Shown piece by piece: positions 37,079 to 47,803 of a stretch of DNA of 64,000 bases (the first letter of the stretch is position 1; every line of letters starts with the position of its first letter). This stretch comes from Sphingomonas sp. (lineage in GTDB: Bacteria; Pseudomonadota; Alphaproteobacteria; Sphingomonadales; Sphingomonadaceae). The DNA is taken from positions 21,767-85,766 of the forward strand of contig JAYSZB010000071.1 of assembly GCA_043727035.1 (NCBI GenBank), written 5' to 3'. The notes under the pieces were generated by a model. The model was given only the letters and a program-made list of their open reading frames with translations, ran no database searches and was not told where the DNA came from. Made by a program: the position numbers and the translations under genes.

Positions 37079-38310
37079 TCGGGCTGGCTGGCCCGCCGAC
37101 CATGCGGCGTTTCGGCTGGCTCTACGCCACCGCCAATCTGGGTGCATTCGTCTGCTTCATCCCGCTGATCGGTTTGCTGTTGCCGCAAAAGGCGATGCTG
37201 CTGTCCCCGGCTGGCGATATTGCCCTGCTGAGCTGGATCCTGCTCGGCGGGGCGATCGCCTCCAGCCTTGCCAATATTGTCGCAGGGTGGATCAGCGACC
37301 GGACATTGCAGCGCAATGCCAGCCGCCTGCCGATGATCGGCGTCGGGCTGGCCGCAACATTGGCCACCATTGCGGCGCTCGCGGCGGCGCAAACGCCCGC
37401 GACGCTGTTCGCCGCCTATCTGCTGTTCCAGCTGTGCTTCAACCTGCTGTTCGCGCCATTCAATGCGCTGGCGACCGATCATATTCCCGACGCGATGAAG
37501 GGGCGCATGTTCGGGCTGCTCAGCCTTGCGCTGCCGCTGTCGCAGCTCGCCATCATCGCGATTATTGCGCTGGATGTGCAGGCGCAGCCTGCCGCCTTTG
37601 CACTGGTCGCTGCCGTCGCCACGGTCACCATCCTGCCGCTGCTGCTGTTCGGTCGAACCGCTGCGGGTCCACCGCTGGCGGCAGGGGGTGACGGCTCCGG
37701 TCCGGCTCCAGCCCCTGCACCCTTGGCGCTGCCGTCGCGCGATTTCGCGCTGGCGTGGAGCGGGCGGTTGCTGATCCAATGCGCAGCCGTCGCGGCGAGC
37801 AGCTATATGCTCGTCCATCTCGTCGCGGTTGCCGGGCGCCATCCACAGGGCGGATCGGCCGAAATCTGGCTCGGACGATTGTCGGTAATCGCTCTGGTCG
37901 TCGGACTGGCGGTCGGTGTGACAATTGGCCGATGGTCGGATCGCACCACCCGGCGACGGCCATTTCTGTGGGCAAGCGCGCTGCTTGTCGCGGCGGGCTG
38001 TGCGATGCTGGCGATCACCGACAGCTGGTCGGTGATTGTCGGCGGCTATGCGGTGTTTGCCATCGGCCTGACCGGATTTCTGACTATCGATGGCGCGGTC
38101 ATCGCGCAGATCGTCGGCAGAAGCGGCCATCGCGCCGCGCGGCTGGGGATCATGAACCTGACAAACACGCTACCCGCGCTGTTGATTCCGGGGCTGGTGC
38201 TGATGATCGACGGAACCAGCCCCGCCGCCATTGCCGCATTGTTCCTGTGCGTCGCTGTCGGCGCACTGCTCGCGGCCTTGCTGGCGTCGATGCTCCGGAC
38301 CGTTGCCTAG
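37075..38310 (+). CDS. MFS transporter (probable sugar/glycoside)
   Basis: About 12 hydrophobic segments, G.ISDR and GRWSDRTTRRR motif A; translationally coupled to lacI. Confidence 0.8.
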   Translation: MIGLAGPPTMRRFGWLYATANLGAFVCFIPLIGLLLPQKAMLLSPAGDIALLSWILLGGAIASSLANIVAGWISDRTLQRNASRLPMIGVGLAATLATIAALAAAQTPATLFAAYLLFQLCFNLLFAPFNALATDHIPDAMKGRMFGLLSLALPLSQLAIIAIIALDVQAQPAAFALVAAVATVTILPLLLFGRTAAGPPLAAGGDGSGPAPAPAPLALPSRDFALAWSGRLLIQCAAVAASSYMLVHLVAVAGRHPQGGSAEIWLGRLSVIALVVGLAVGVTIGRWSDRTTRRRPFLWASALLVAAGCAMLAITDSWSVIVGGYAVFAIGLTGFLTIDGAVIAQIVGRSGHRAARLGIMNLTNTLPALLIPGLVLMIDGTSPAAIAALFLCVAVGALLAALLASMLRTVA

Positions 38311-38374
38311 AGCGTGATGACGTTCTGGCGGCCAGGCCGTGGCAATCGCCATCCACCACGCGCCACTCGAACCG

Positions 38375-38605
38375 TCAGACAAGCGGGCGCCCGGATGGCG
38401 ACCGCCGCCTCTGGTCGCAGCCGGCGTGGCAAGCGGAATCGCGGCAGCGTTCGGGTGCGCCCGCCGGATCGTCGTCGATAATGATGATGGAGACAAGCGC
38501 GCCGGGATCGCCACACAGCTGCGCCACGATCGTATCGGGCGACGCCGGACCGTCGGGCACGGCCAACGCCAGCGCACCGATCAGCGATGGCCACAGGCTG
38601 GTCAT
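38375..38605 (-). CDS. Small exported Cys/His protein (LC...CxxxACHAGC), last gene of the cco operon
   Basis: ATGA overlap with ccoS stop; hydrophobic N-terminus; CRDSACHAGC. Confidence 0.6.
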   Translation of the reverse strand: MTSLWPSLIGALALAVPDGPASPDTIVAQLCGDPGALVSIIIIDDDPAGAPERCRDSACHAGCDQRRRSPSGRPLV

Positions 38606-38775
38606 GGCGCAGCAGCGCCATCGCCATCGGCCTCGTCCTCATCGTCGATCAGGATGCGCATCGCCGATCCGTCGGGATCGTCGAACTGGCCATTACGCAA
38701 CGCCCATTGGAAGGCGACGAGGCCGAGCAGCCCCAGACCGAGCGCCACCGGGATCAGGATGGCAAGCCCGGTCAT
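38602..38775 (-). CDS. ccoS: cbb3 oxidase maturation protein CcoS/FixS (not in ORF track)
   Basis: Translated by hand: MTGLAILIPVALGLGLLGLVAFQWALRNGQFDDPDGSAMRILIDDEDEADGDGAAAP, 57 aa. Confidence 0.9.
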   Translation of the reverse strand: MTGLAILIPVALGLGLLGLVAFQWALRNGQFDDPDGSAMRILIDDEDEADGDGAAAP

Positions 38776-40904
38776 CGTGCCGCACCCGCCAGCCGCAGCG
38801 AATTGGCGACAACGACCAGCGATGACAGCGACATGGCTACCGCGGCGATCAACGGCGTGACCAGACCGGCCATCGCCAACGGTACCGCGAGCAGATTATA
38901 GCCGATCGCCAGCACGAAATTCTGCCGGACGATGCGCTGGGTCGCCCGCGCCGCGCGTATGGCGCGGGGGATGGCGAGCAGGCTGTCGCCCATGAACACC
39001 AGATCCGATGCCTGCTGCCCGACATCGCTGGCACTCGATGGGGCCATCGACACATGCGCGGCGGCCAGTGCCGGCCCATCGTTGAGCCCGTCGCCGACCA
39101 TCAACAGCCGCGCGCCGCTCGTCTGGAGGCGCTCGATCAGCGCCAGCTTGTCGGCCGGCCGCGCATCGGGAACGGCGGTCAGGCCGAGTGTGCGCGCGAC
39201 GCTGGCGACGGCGGCGGACGTGTCTCCGGAAACGATCATGCCGGTCATACCCAAAGCATAAAGCCCGTCGAGCGCCGCGCGCGTGTCCGGCCGCAGCGGA
39301 TCGGTAAAGCGGATGATATGCGTCGGCTGCCAGCTTTCGCTGAAGGCGACGGCAAGCGCATCGCCGTCGACCGTGCCGCCGAGCGGGCGGGTCAGCGCGA
39401 CATCGCGCCCGGCATTGCGCCCGCGCACGCCCTCTCCGGCGATCTCCGTCACATCGGACAGGATGGCTGCCTCGACGCCGTCGTCGCGCAGCGCCTGCGC
39501 AAGACCCCGGCTCAGCGGATGCTGGCTCGCCTGCGCCAGCGCCAGCAGCAGGCGCTTCTGCCGGGCATCGAAGACCGACTGGTCCATCGGAACCGGGCGC
39601 CCGAGCGTCAAGGTACCGGTCTTGTCGGCAATAAAGCGGTTGGCCTCGGCCAGACGCTCGAGCGCGCTGCCGTCTTTGACGAGGATGCCGCGCCGCATCA
39701 GCGCGCCCGATGCAACGACCTGCGCCACCGGCACCGCCAAGCCCAGCGCGCAGGGGCAGGTGATGATCAGCACGGCAATCGCCACCAGCAGCGACTGGTG
39801 GATACCCGCTCCGGCGATCATCCATCCGGCAAAGGTCAGTGCTGCCAGCGTGTGAACGGCAGGCGCATAAAGCCGCGATGCGCGGTCGGCGATGCGGACA
39901 TAGCGCGAGCGATGCTGGCCGGCATCGTTCATCGCACGGGCGAGGCCGGCGATGGCCCGGTCTTCGCCGACAGCATCGACCCGCACCGTCAACGGGCCAT
40001 CGAGCGCCAGCATCCCTGCCAGCAACGCTGTTCCCGGAACGACAGCAACGGGCGCGCTTTCGCCGGTCAGGATCGCCGTATCGCACCGGCCCGATCCGGC
40101 AACGACAATGCCGTCCGCCGCCAGCCGCTCGCCGGCCGCGACCAGCATGGTGGCGCCGACGGCGATGTCCTCGGCGCGGTGCCAGACGGCGGTACCATTG
40201 CTGCCGACCAGCATCGCGCCGGGGGCGCTGGCCTGCATCAGTGCCGCTGCCCCGGCGCGGGCGCGTTCACGCATCGCCCCGTCGAGCACGCGGCCGGCGA
40301 GCAGGAAGAACAGCAGCATGATCGCGCCGTCGAACCAGGCATGCTCGCCGCCGGTGGCGGTCTCGTACAGCGACATGGCGGTGGCGAGAGTGACGCCGAT
40401 CGAGATCGGCACGTCCATGTTGGTGCGGCCACGCCGGAGCGCGCTCCACGCCGATTCGAAGAACGGCCGCCCCGACCAGGCGATGGCGGGCACGGCAATC
40501 AGCGCCGACAGCCAGTGGAACAGATCGCGGCTGCTTTCCGCCGCGCCCGACCAGACGCTGACCGACAGCAGCATGACATTCATCGCGGCAAAACCGGCGA
40601 TGGCCAGCGCGCTGAGCAGGCGGCGTTGTTCGGTATCCGGCGGCGGTGCTCCGGCGAGCGGGTGGGCGGCGAAACCGATCCGGTCGAGCGCGGCGACCAG
40701 GCCGGGGACGGCAAGCTCTGGCAGATGGACGATGCGAACCTGCTTCAGCCCGAAATCGACCCGCGCAGAAACAATGCCCGCACTGTCGATCAGACCATGT
40801 TCGATTTTCGCGATACAGCCGGCGCAGCGCATCCCCGGCACCGACAGCCGTGTCGCGGCGCATTCGGCGAGCGCAATGGGTGGGACGAGCACAGGTCGGG
40901 TCAT
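38772..40904 (-). CDS. ccoI: Cu-translocating P1B ATPase CcoI/FixI
   Basis: HMA CAGC, TGES, CPC, DKTGTLT, GDGLNDGPAL. Confidence 0.93.
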   Translation of the reverse strand: MTRPVLVPPIALAECAATRLSVPGMRCAGCIAKIEHGLIDSAGIVSARVDFGLKQVRIVHLPELAVPGLVAALDRIGFAAHPLAGAPPPDTEQRRLLSALAIAGFAAMNVMLLSVSVWSGAAESSRDLFHWLSALIAVPAIAWSGRPFFESAWSALRRGRTNMDVPISIGVTLATAMSLYETATGGEHAWFDGAIMLLFFLLAGRVLDGAMRERARAGAAALMQASAPGAMLVGSNGTAVWHRAEDIAVGATMLVAAGERLAADGIVVAGSGRCDTAILTGESAPVAVVPGTALLAGMLALDGPLTVRVDAVGEDRAIAGLARAMNDAGQHRSRYVRIADRASRLYAPAVHTLAALTFAGWMIAGAGIHQSLLVAIAVLIITCPCALGLAVPVAQVVASGALMRRGILVKDGSALERLAEANRFIADKTGTLTLGRPVPMDQSVFDARQKRLLLALAQASQHPLSRGLAQALRDDGVEAAILSDVTEIAGEGVRGRNAGRDVALTRPLGGTVDGDALAVAFSESWQPTHIIRFTDPLRPDTRAALDGLYALGMTGMIVSGDTSAAVASVARTLGLTAVPDARPADKLALIERLQTSGARLLMVGDGLNDGPALAAAHVSMAPSSASDVGQQASDLVFMGDSLLAIPRAIRAARATQRIVRQNFVLAIGYNLLAVPLAMAGLVTPLIAAVAMSLSSLVVVANSLRLAGAAR

Positions 40905-41371
40905 GCGATGTCGCGGGCGATGCGCATCGTCTGGCCATTGCTCTCGACGGTAACGACGACTTGCCAGCGGCCAGCACCGAGCGCTGCGGTCGAGTGGAAC
41001 CTGCCCTCGCCCGTACCGCCGAAGCGCATGATCCGTTCGGGTTTGCGGCCGAGCGGGTGGCGGGCGAGCGCGGTCAGTTGCGCGGCGGGTAGTGGCGCAC
41101 CGGAACCATCGCGCACCGTCACTGCCAGATGATCGGCCCCGTCGCGCGCGACGTCGACTTGCCAGCCGAGCGCCTGCTCGACACGCGCCTGCGCCAGCCA
41201 GTCGTTGAAATTCTGGCTGGCGACATAGCTGTTATCGACCACGGTGCCGCCGAACGTGCTGATCGCCATGCGTGCCATCAGCAGATTGATGGCGATGACC
41301 ACGCCGAAGAAGGCGACCAGAATGATTGCGGCGTGGCGGCCGGTAAAGCGGCGCGGGCTATTCGTCGCCAT
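40901..41371 (-). CDS. ccoH: FixH/CcoH family protein
   Basis: FTGRH....LVAFFGVVIAINL.M...A..TF.G.VV.NSY.ASQ.FN. Confidence 0.9.
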   Translation of the reverse strand: MATNSPRRFTGRHAAIILVAFFGVVIAINLLMARMAISTFGGTVVDNSYVASQNFNDWLAQARVEQALGWQVDVARDGADHLAVTVRDGSGAPLPAAQLTALARHPLGRKPERIMRFGGTGEGRFHSTAALGAGRWQVVVTVESNGQTMRIARDIA

Positions 41372-42833
41372 CGTCTTCATCCTCATTGTCGGGTCGTTCG
41401 AAATTGACTTTGTGGCTGTCGGAGCCGCCCTGCCGGTCGAGCGCGCGGACGGTGAAGGCAAAGCCCTCGCTGTCGTCGCCCGCCGCTGGGGCAACCGCGA
41501 AAACGGCAATCTGGGTGACGCTGTCGGGCGTGGCGGTTAGCCGGATGGTCCGCGCCGCCATTGCCGCTGACGCATCGCGCAGCCAGATGCGGCCGCCATC
41601 AAGCCCGGTTAGTCCGACCTCCATCGCACGCGGCCGCGTTTCCATGTTGCGCAGCTTCACTATATAGCTGTTGCGGATGTCGCCGCCGGACAGCTGGACA
41701 TAGACCGGGTTGCGCTCATGGCTGGCGCTGATGTCGATGCGGGTGCGATTGCCCAGCGCGAACAGCAGGCCGAGTCCGATCCCGGCCCACACGCCGAAAT
41801 AAACGATCGTCCGCACGCGCAGTAGCGTCTTGAGTATCGGTGTGGGCGGTTCGCCGCGCTTCTCCTTGTCGGCGTCGGCTAGTGTCGCATAGTCTATCAG
41901 CCCGCGTGGCCGGCCGACCTGCGCCATCACGCTGTCGCAGGCATCGATGCACAGCGCGCAGGTGATGCAGCCGATCTGCGGCCCTTCGCGGATGTCGATA
42001 CCGGTCGGGCAGACCGCGACGCATTGATTGCAATCGACGCAATCGCCATAATCCTGCGGGTTGGCCAGCGCCGCCTTGAGGCTGCCGCGCTGTTCGCCGC
42101 GCCAGTCCTTGTAGGTGACGATCAACGACTGTTCGTCGAGCATCGCGGTCTGGATGCGCGGCCAGGGACACATATAGATGCACACCTGCTCGCGCATGAA
42201 GCCGCCGAGGATGAAGGTGGTCAGCGTCAATATGCCGACCGTCATATAGGCGACCGGAGCGGCATTGCCTGTCCAGAAATCGCGGACCAGCGTCGGCGCG
42301 TCGGCGAAATACATGATCCATGCACCGCCGGTCCAAAAGGCGATGACCAGCCAGACGCTCCACTTGGTCAGCCGCCGCGTCAGCTTGGCGGCGCTCCACG
42401 GGGCATGGTCGAGCCGGATCTGGGCATTGCGGTCGCCGTCGATGAAGCGTTCGACATGCTGGAACAGATCGGTCCACACCGTCTGCGGACAGGCGTAGCC
42501 GCACCAGGCACGACCGACAGCCGATGTGACGAGGAACAGACCCACCCCCGCCATGATCAGCAGACCGGCGATATAATAGAATTCGTGCGGCCAGATTTCG
42601 ATGCCGAACATGTAGAAGCGGCGATTGGCCAGATCGACCAGCACCGCCTGATCGGGTGCATAGGGCCCGCGATCCCAGCGCAGCCATGGCGTGACATAAT
42701 AAATGGCGAGCGTGACCGCCATGATCGCCCATTTCAGCCGACGGAACGGGCCGTTGACCGGTTTCGGATACACGCCTTTGCGCTGTTCGAAAAATGATTC
42801 AGGGGCAGAGTGCAGGCTATCGACTTTGCTCAT
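41358..42833 (-). CDS. ccoG: cbb3 accessory protein CcoG/FixG
   Basis: GRAWCGYACPQTVW, REQVCIYMCPW, CVDCNQCVAVCP, CITCALCIDAC. Confidence 0.95.
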   Translation of the reverse strand: MSKVDSLHSAPESFFEQRKGVYPKPVNGPFRRLKWAIMAVTLAIYYVTPWLRWDRGPYAPDQAVLVDLANRRFYMFGIEIWPHEFYYIAGLLIMAGVGLFLVTSAVGRAWCGYACPQTVWTDLFQHVERFIDGDRNAQIRLDHAPWSAAKLTRRLTKWSVWLVIAFWTGGAWIMYFADAPTLVRDFWTGNAAPVAYMTVGILTLTTFILGGFMREQVCIYMCPWPRIQTAMLDEQSLIVTYKDWRGEQRGSLKAALANPQDYGDCVDCNQCVAVCPTGIDIREGPQIGCITCALCIDACDSVMAQVGRPRGLIDYATLADADKEKRGEPPTPILKTLLRVRTIVYFGVWAGIGLGLLFALGNRTRIDISASHERNPVYVQLSGGDIRNSYIVKLRNMETRPRAMEVGLTGLDGGRIWLRDASAAMAARTIRLTATPDSVTQIAVFAVAPAAGDDSEGFAFTVRALDRQGGSDSHKVNFERPDNEDEDDGDE

Positions 42834-43753
42834 GGTGTGGCGGGCACTTCCAAATTCGTTGGATCGATCGCCGTCGGCTGTTGCTCGCCACCGCCGAGCG
42901 AATGGACATAGGCGGCCAGCATCTTGATGGTCATGTCATCGAGCCGATGGCCCCATCGCGGCATGACACCCTGCCGACTGTTGGTCACCGTCGCGGTCAG
43001 TGCCGCTCTGTCGCCGCCGTAAAGCGCGATCGCATCGTTGAGGCGCGGGGCACCGAGGACGCGATTGCCTTCGCCGACCGGCCCATGGCATATCGCGCAA
43101 TCGACGGCGAAAAGCGCTTCGCCCCGCGCCGAGGATCCATTTGGGCCCTGCGCTCGTGACAGCACCCGAACATGGCTGACCACATCGTCGATTTGCCCGG
43201 CGGTGAGAATGCCATCGCGACCGAAAGCGGGCATCATCGACATGCGCGTCGCGTCGTGGTCGGGATTACGGATACCGTTGACCAGCGTGTAGTGGATCGC
43301 CTCGAGATCGCCGCCCCACAACCAGTCGTCGTCGTTGAGATTGGGGTAGCCTGGCGAACCCGCAGCGCCGGTGCCGTGGCATTGCACGCAATGGACGCGA
43401 AAAGCTGCCCTGCCACCTTCGATCGCGGCCTGAAGAATGACAGGATTGCGACCCAGATCGCCGACAGGCGTCACCGCAAGCTGGCGCAGCAGCGGCGCGC
43501 GGCGCGTGGTTTCGGTGGCCAGCTCGGCACTCAGATCGCCTCGGCTGGACCACCCAAGCACGCCTTGGGTCGCGCCGTCGATCAGCGGAATCGCGGGATA
43601 GGCAATAACATAGCCGAGAGAGAAAACGATCGAGGCATAGAAGGTCCACAGCCACCAACGCGGCATCGGCGTATCGAGCTCCTCGATCCCGTCCCACTCA
43701 TGGCCGACGGTTTCGGTGCCGGTCGGCTCGTCGACGCGCTTGTTGTCAGACAT
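42830..43753 (-). CDS. ccoP: cbb3 cytochrome c oxidase subunit III
   Basis: GHEWDGIEELD.PMPRWW; two haem-c motifs CVQCH and CAICH. Confidence 0.96.
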   Translation of the reverse strand: MSDNKRVDEPTGTETVGHEWDGIEELDTPMPRWWLWTFYASIVFSLGYVIAYPAIPLIDGATQGVLGWSSRGDLSAELATETTRRAPLLRQLAVTPVGDLGRNPVILQAAIEGGRAAFRVHCVQCHGTGAAGSPGYPNLNDDDWLWGGDLEAIHYTLVNGIRNPDHDATRMSMMPAFGRDGILTAGQIDDVVSHVRVLSRAQGPNGSSARGEALFAVDCAICHGPVGEGNRVLGAPRLNDAIALYGGDRAALTATVTNSRQGVMPRWGHRLDDMTIKMLAAYVHSLGGGEQQPTAIDPTNLEVPATP

Positions 43754-43913
43754 GATGCTCGTCCTCGTCGAAGATCAGATTGGCCGCTTCATGGTTGCGC
43801 GCTGCCGACCCCGGGCGGAACGGCCAGGCGGCGAGGCCGAGGAAGATGATGGTCATCGCCACCAGTCCCCAGCTATCGGCAAAGTGCCGCAGCGCGTCAT
43901 AGGTGGCGGTCAT
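43746..43913 (-). CDS. ccoQ: cbb3 oxidase subunit CcoQ (not in ORF track)
   Basis: Translated by hand: [55 protein letters not shown], 55 aa. Confidence 0.9.
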   Translation of the reverse strand: MTATYDALRHFADSWGLVAMTIIFLGLAAWPFRPGSAARNHEAANLIFDEDEHHV

Positions 43914-44644
43914 CGCTCGACCTCCTGTGCACGGACGCTGTCGAAATCGACCAGCGTGCCGAGCATCTGGAGATAGGCGACCAACGCATCCATCTCGGTC
44001 ACCCTGGTCGGGTCGCCATCGAAATCGCGGACCTGAACCTTGGGATAGCGGGCGCGCAATGCGGTCGCATTGGCATCGGGATCGGCCTGCGCCTGAAGAT
44101 CGTCATTGGCGGCATCGATCGACGCTTGCGTATAGGGCACACCCAGCCGCGCATGGATCATCAGGTCGCTGCGCATGTCACCGGCATCGAGCTCGCGCCC
44201 GGCCATGAAGGCGTAGGTCGGCATGATCGATTCGGGCACCACCGAGCGCGGATCGGTCAGATGCTGGACATGCCATTCATCCGAATAACGGTTGCCGACG
44301 CGGGCGAGATCGGGCCCGGTGCGCTTCGATCCCCATTGGAACGGGTGATCGTACATCGATTCCGCCGCCAGACTATAATGGCCATAGCGCTCGACCTCGT
44401 CGCGGAACGGACGGATCATCTGGCTGTGGCAGTTGTAACAGCCTTCGCGAATATAGATGTTGCGTCCGGCCAGCTCGAGCGGGGTATAGGGCCGCATCCC
44501 TTCGACTTCCTCGATCGTGTTGTCGATCCAGAATAACGGCGCGATCTCGACGATACCGCCGATTGCCACCGCGACGAAGGCAAAGGCGGCAAGCAGCGTG
44601 ACGTTGCGCTCGATCTTCTTGTGGCGTTCGGTGAATTTGGCCAT
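43910..44644 (-). CDS. ccoO: cbb3 cytochrome c oxidase subunit II
   Basis: [41 protein letters not shown]; start MAKFTERH. Confidence 0.96.
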   Translation of the reverse strand: MAKFTERHKKIERNVTLLAAFAFVAVAIGGIVEIAPLFWIDNTIEEVEGMRPYTPLELAGRNIYIREGCYNCHSQMIRPFRDEVERYGHYSLAAESMYDHPFQWGSKRTGPDLARVGNRYSDEWHVQHLTDPRSVVPESIMPTYAFMAGRELDAGDMRSDLMIHARLGVPYTQASIDAANDDLQAQADPDANATALRARYPKVQVRDFDGDPTRVTEMDALVAYLQMLGTLVDFDSVRAQEVER

Positions 44645-44655
44645 CGGTTCGGTCC

Positions 44656-46338
44656 TTATTCGGCGGGCGCGAGCGCGGGTTCGGCGGCGCGGGCGGGCAG
44701 CGGATGATCCTTGGCCGGATCGTGCGCGGTGTCGCCCATCGGTGCCTCGTCGCGCAACCTGCCGACGATGGTCAGCCAGACATTGACGACCATGACGATC
44801 GCTCCCGACAGGTAGAGCAGGCCGCCGAAGGCGCGCATGATGTACATCGGGAACATCGCGGCGACGGTGTCGGCGAACGACCAGACGAGATAGCCGTCCG
44901 CCCCATATTCGCGCCACATCAGCCCCTGCATGATGCCCGACACCCACATCGCCGAGGCGTAGAAGACGATGCCGACGGTTGCGAGCCAGAAGTGCCAATT
45001 GACCATCCGCAGCGAATAGAGCCGTTGCCGGCTCCACAGCCGCGGCACCAGATAATAGAGGCAGGCAAAGGTGATCATGCCGTTCCAGCCGAGCGCACCC
45101 GAATGGACATGGCCGATGGTCCAATCGGTATAATGCGACAGGCTGTTGACCGCCTTGATCGACAGCATCGGCCCTTCGAAGGTGCTCATCCCGTAGAAGG
45201 CCAGCGCCATCACCATCATCCGGATGATCGGGTCGGTGCGGACCTTGTCCCACGCGCCGTTGAGCGTCATCAGACCGTTGATCATCCCGCCCCAGCTCGG
45301 CATCCACAGCATGATCGAGAACACCATGCCCAGCGTCTGCGCCCAGTCGGGCAGAGCGGTGTAGTGGAGGTGGTGCGGCCCCGCCCAGATGTAGAGAAAG
45401 ATCAGCGACCAGAAGTGGATGATCGACAACCGATAGCTGTAGACCGGACGCTGCGCCTGTTTCGGCACGAAATAATACATCATGGCGAGGAAACCGGCGG
45501 TGAGGAAAAATCCGACGGCGTTATGGCCATACCACCATTGGGTCAGCGCGCTCTGCACGCCGGCCATCACCGAATAGCTTTTCGATCCGACGAGGCTGAC
45601 GGGGATGCTGAGGTTATTGACGACATGCAGCATCGCCACCGTCAGGATGAAGGCGAGATAGAACCAGTTGGCGACATAGATATGCGGTTCGCGCCGCTTG
45701 ACCAGCGTGCCGACGAAGACGATCAGGTACGAGACCCAGACGATGGTCAGCCATAGATCGACATACCATTCGGGCTCGGCATATTCCTTCGACTGGGTGA
45801 TGCCGAGCAGATAGCCAGTCGCCGCCAGTATGATGAACAGCTGATAGCCCCAGAAGACGAAGCGGGCGAGGCCGGGGAAGGCAAGGCGCGCGCGGCAGGT
45901 GCGTTGCACCACAAAATAGCTGGTGCAGATCAGCGCGTTGCCGCCGAAGGCGAAGATCACTGCCGAGGTATGCAGCGGCCGCAACCGCCCGAAACTGGTC
46001 CATTCGAGACCGAGATTAAGCGCCGGAAATGCCAGCTGCGATGCGATCAACAGCCCGACGAGAAACCCCGCCATCCCCCAGAACAGCGTCGCGATAACCC
46101 CCCAGCGGATCGGATCGTCGTCATAGGTGCCTTCGTCGGGCATCCGCAGTATGCCGCGCGCCATCGCCGCATAATCGGCGCCGCCGATCGTCACCGCGAG
46201 GCCGATGAACGCCGCGACCGCGATAATGCCCATATGGATGGCAAAGCCGCCATCGACCGCCGTTGCCATGGCGAGAAACGCCATCAGGATGACCAGCAGC
46301 CAGATGCCGGCACGCATAACTGTCGATTGCAAAGTCAT
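44656..46338 (-). CDS. ccoN: cbb3 cytochrome c oxidase subunit I
   Basis: [51 protein letters not shown]. Confidence 0.97.
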   Translation of the reverse strand: MTLQSTVMRAGIWLLVILMAFLAMATAVDGGFAIHMGIIAVAAFIGLAVTIGGADYAAMARGILRMPDEGTYDDDPIRWGVIATLFWGMAGFLVGLLIASQLAFPALNLGLEWTSFGRLRPLHTSAVIFAFGGNALICTSYFVVQRTCRARLAFPGLARFVFWGYQLFIILAATGYLLGITQSKEYAEPEWYVDLWLTIVWVSYLIVFVGTLVKRREPHIYVANWFYLAFILTVAMLHVVNNLSIPVSLVGSKSYSVMAGVQSALTQWWYGHNAVGFFLTAGFLAMMYYFVPKQAQRPVYSYRLSIIHFWSLIFLYIWAGPHHLHYTALPDWAQTLGMVFSIMLWMPSWGGMINGLMTLNGAWDKVRTDPIIRMMVMALAFYGMSTFEGPMLSIKAVNSLSHYTDWTIGHVHSGALGWNGMITFACLYYLVPRLWSRQRLYSLRMVNWHFWLATVGIVFYASAMWVSGIMQGLMWREYGADGYLVWSFADTVAAMFPMYIMRAFGGLLYLSGAIVMVVNVWLTIVGRLRDEAPMGDTAHDPAKDHPLPARAAEPALAPAE

Positions 46339-46390
46339 AGGTCTTCATCCCGTTGATGGCCCGCCTTTGCAGGCGGCTGCGTCGACAACA

Positions 46391-46404
46391 TTGACCCGTG
46401 TCAA
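46391..46404. promoter_or_regulatory. FNR/FixK box upstream of ccoN
   Basis: TTGAC-CCGT-GTCAA versus consensus TTGAT-N4-ATCAA. Confidence 0.75.
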
Positions 46405-46438
46405 ATTGTGCGGGTGCGAAAGAAACTTGTCGGTAAGG

Positions 46439-47755
46439 TCAGACTGCGCTGCTGAAGCGAGTCCCTGCATGGTTGCGATAGAGATCGAACAGTGCGGCGA
46501 TGGCGCGGGCATAGGGCCGCGTGGCATCGCAGGGCACAAGCAGGCTGCCTTCCAGCCGGATGACATCATGGTAGAGGAAGGGAGCAAGGCTGTCCATCGA
46601 TCCGCCAGTTCCGAGCATCAGCGACAGATCGGCGGTGCGGCCGCACAATATGTCTTCGATCACCAGCGCACGTTCGCGGTCGTCGCGGCTGCGCCGCACG
46701 CCGAGCGCTGCGGGCAGCCGGTTCTGCGAAACCAACATCCGATAGCGCCCGCTGTTCTTTTCGTTCTGGACGATCACGTCGGGGAAATTGCTGATCGCGC
46801 TGGCACCAAGGCCGATCAGATGTTCGGCGGGGTCGTCGGTAAAGCCCTGAAAATTGCGCCGTAGCTCGCCCGACGCTACGGCTTTGGCCATCGGATCGTG
46901 CGGCAGGGCGAAATGATCGAAGCCGATGGCGACATATCCCGCCGCCGTCAGCCGCTCATAGCCACGCGCCGCCATCGCAAAGCGCTCGCTTTGGCCGGGC
47001 AAGGCGCTGGCGTCGATCCGCCGCTGGCGCGGGAGCAGATGCGGAACATGGGCATAGCCGAACAGCGCGATCCGGTCCGGGCCGAACGCCATGGTGTCGT
47101 CGAGCGTGCTGTCGAGATCGGCGAGCGTCTGCCCCGGCAATCCATACATCAGATCGAAATTGATCGAGCCGACACCAGCAGCGCGTAGCGATTCGACCGC
47201 CGATGCGATCAGGCCGTGCGACTGAACCCGCCCGATCCGCGCCTGGATGGCGGGGCTGAAGGTCTGCACGCCCAGACTGACATGGCTGACCCCGGTGGCA
47301 CCGAGCACATCGGCCCATTCGCCGGTAAAGCCACGTGGGTCGATCTCGACCGAGATGACCGGTGTGCTGGCACCGAAGGCGGTCATCGTCCGGTCGAGCA
47401 GTCTGACGAACGCCAGCGGCGCAATCGCATTGGGGCTGCCGCCGCCGAACGCGATGCGCGACACGGCGCAATCTTTCGGCAGCATGCCAGAGACCAGATC
47501 GATCTCCTGCCCCAGCGTTTCCATATAGGAGGTTAGCCGTTGCGCCTTGTTCGCCGCGCCCGTGTTGCACCCGCAATACCAGCAAATCTGCTCGCAAAAG
47601 GGAATGTGCAGATAGAGCGAGACCGGCGCGATCACCGCAGCGATGGCCTCGGCGTGGTCGGTTGCGGCGATGTCAGGAGTAAATTCGGCCGCCGTCGGGA
47701 AGCTGGTGTAGCGCGGCACAGGCCGCGCCAGCAGATCGGGATGATAGGGCCACAT
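46439..47755 (-). CDS. hemN: Oxygen-independent coproporphyrinogen III oxidase HemN
   Basis: PRYTSFPT, SLYLHIPFC...CWYCGC radical-SAM motif, DLMYGLP, FGYAHVP, RNFQG. Confidence 0.92.
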   Translation of the reverse strand: MWPYHPDLLARPVPRYTSFPTAAEFTPDIAATDHAEAIAAVIAPVSLYLHIPFCEQICWYCGCNTGAANKAQRLTSYMETLGQEIDLVSGMLPKDCAVSRIAFGGGSPNAIAPLAFVRLLDRTMTAFGASTPVISVEIDPRGFTGEWADVLGATGVSHVSLGVQTFSPAIQARIGRVQSHGLIASAVESLRAAGVGSINFDLMYGLPGQTLADLDSTLDDTMAFGPDRIALFGYAHVPHLLPRQRRIDASALPGQSERFAMAARGYERLTAAGYVAIGFDHFALPHDPMAKAVASGELRRNFQGFTDDPAEHLIGLGASAISNFPDVIVQNEKNSGRYRMLVSQNRLPAALGVRRSRDDRERALVIEDILCGRTADLSLMLGTGGSMDSLAPFLYHDVIRLEGSLLVPCDATRPYARAIAALFDLYRNHAGTRFSSAV

Positions 47756-47789
47756 GCCTAGACGATGCTCCTGTCGTCGCATGCACTCA

Positions 47790-47803
47790 TTGAGCAGGAT
47801 CAA
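47790..47803. promoter_or_regulatory. FNR/FixK box between divergent hemN and ompW
   Basis: TTGAG-CAGG-ATCAA, one mismatch to consensus. Confidence 0.75.
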
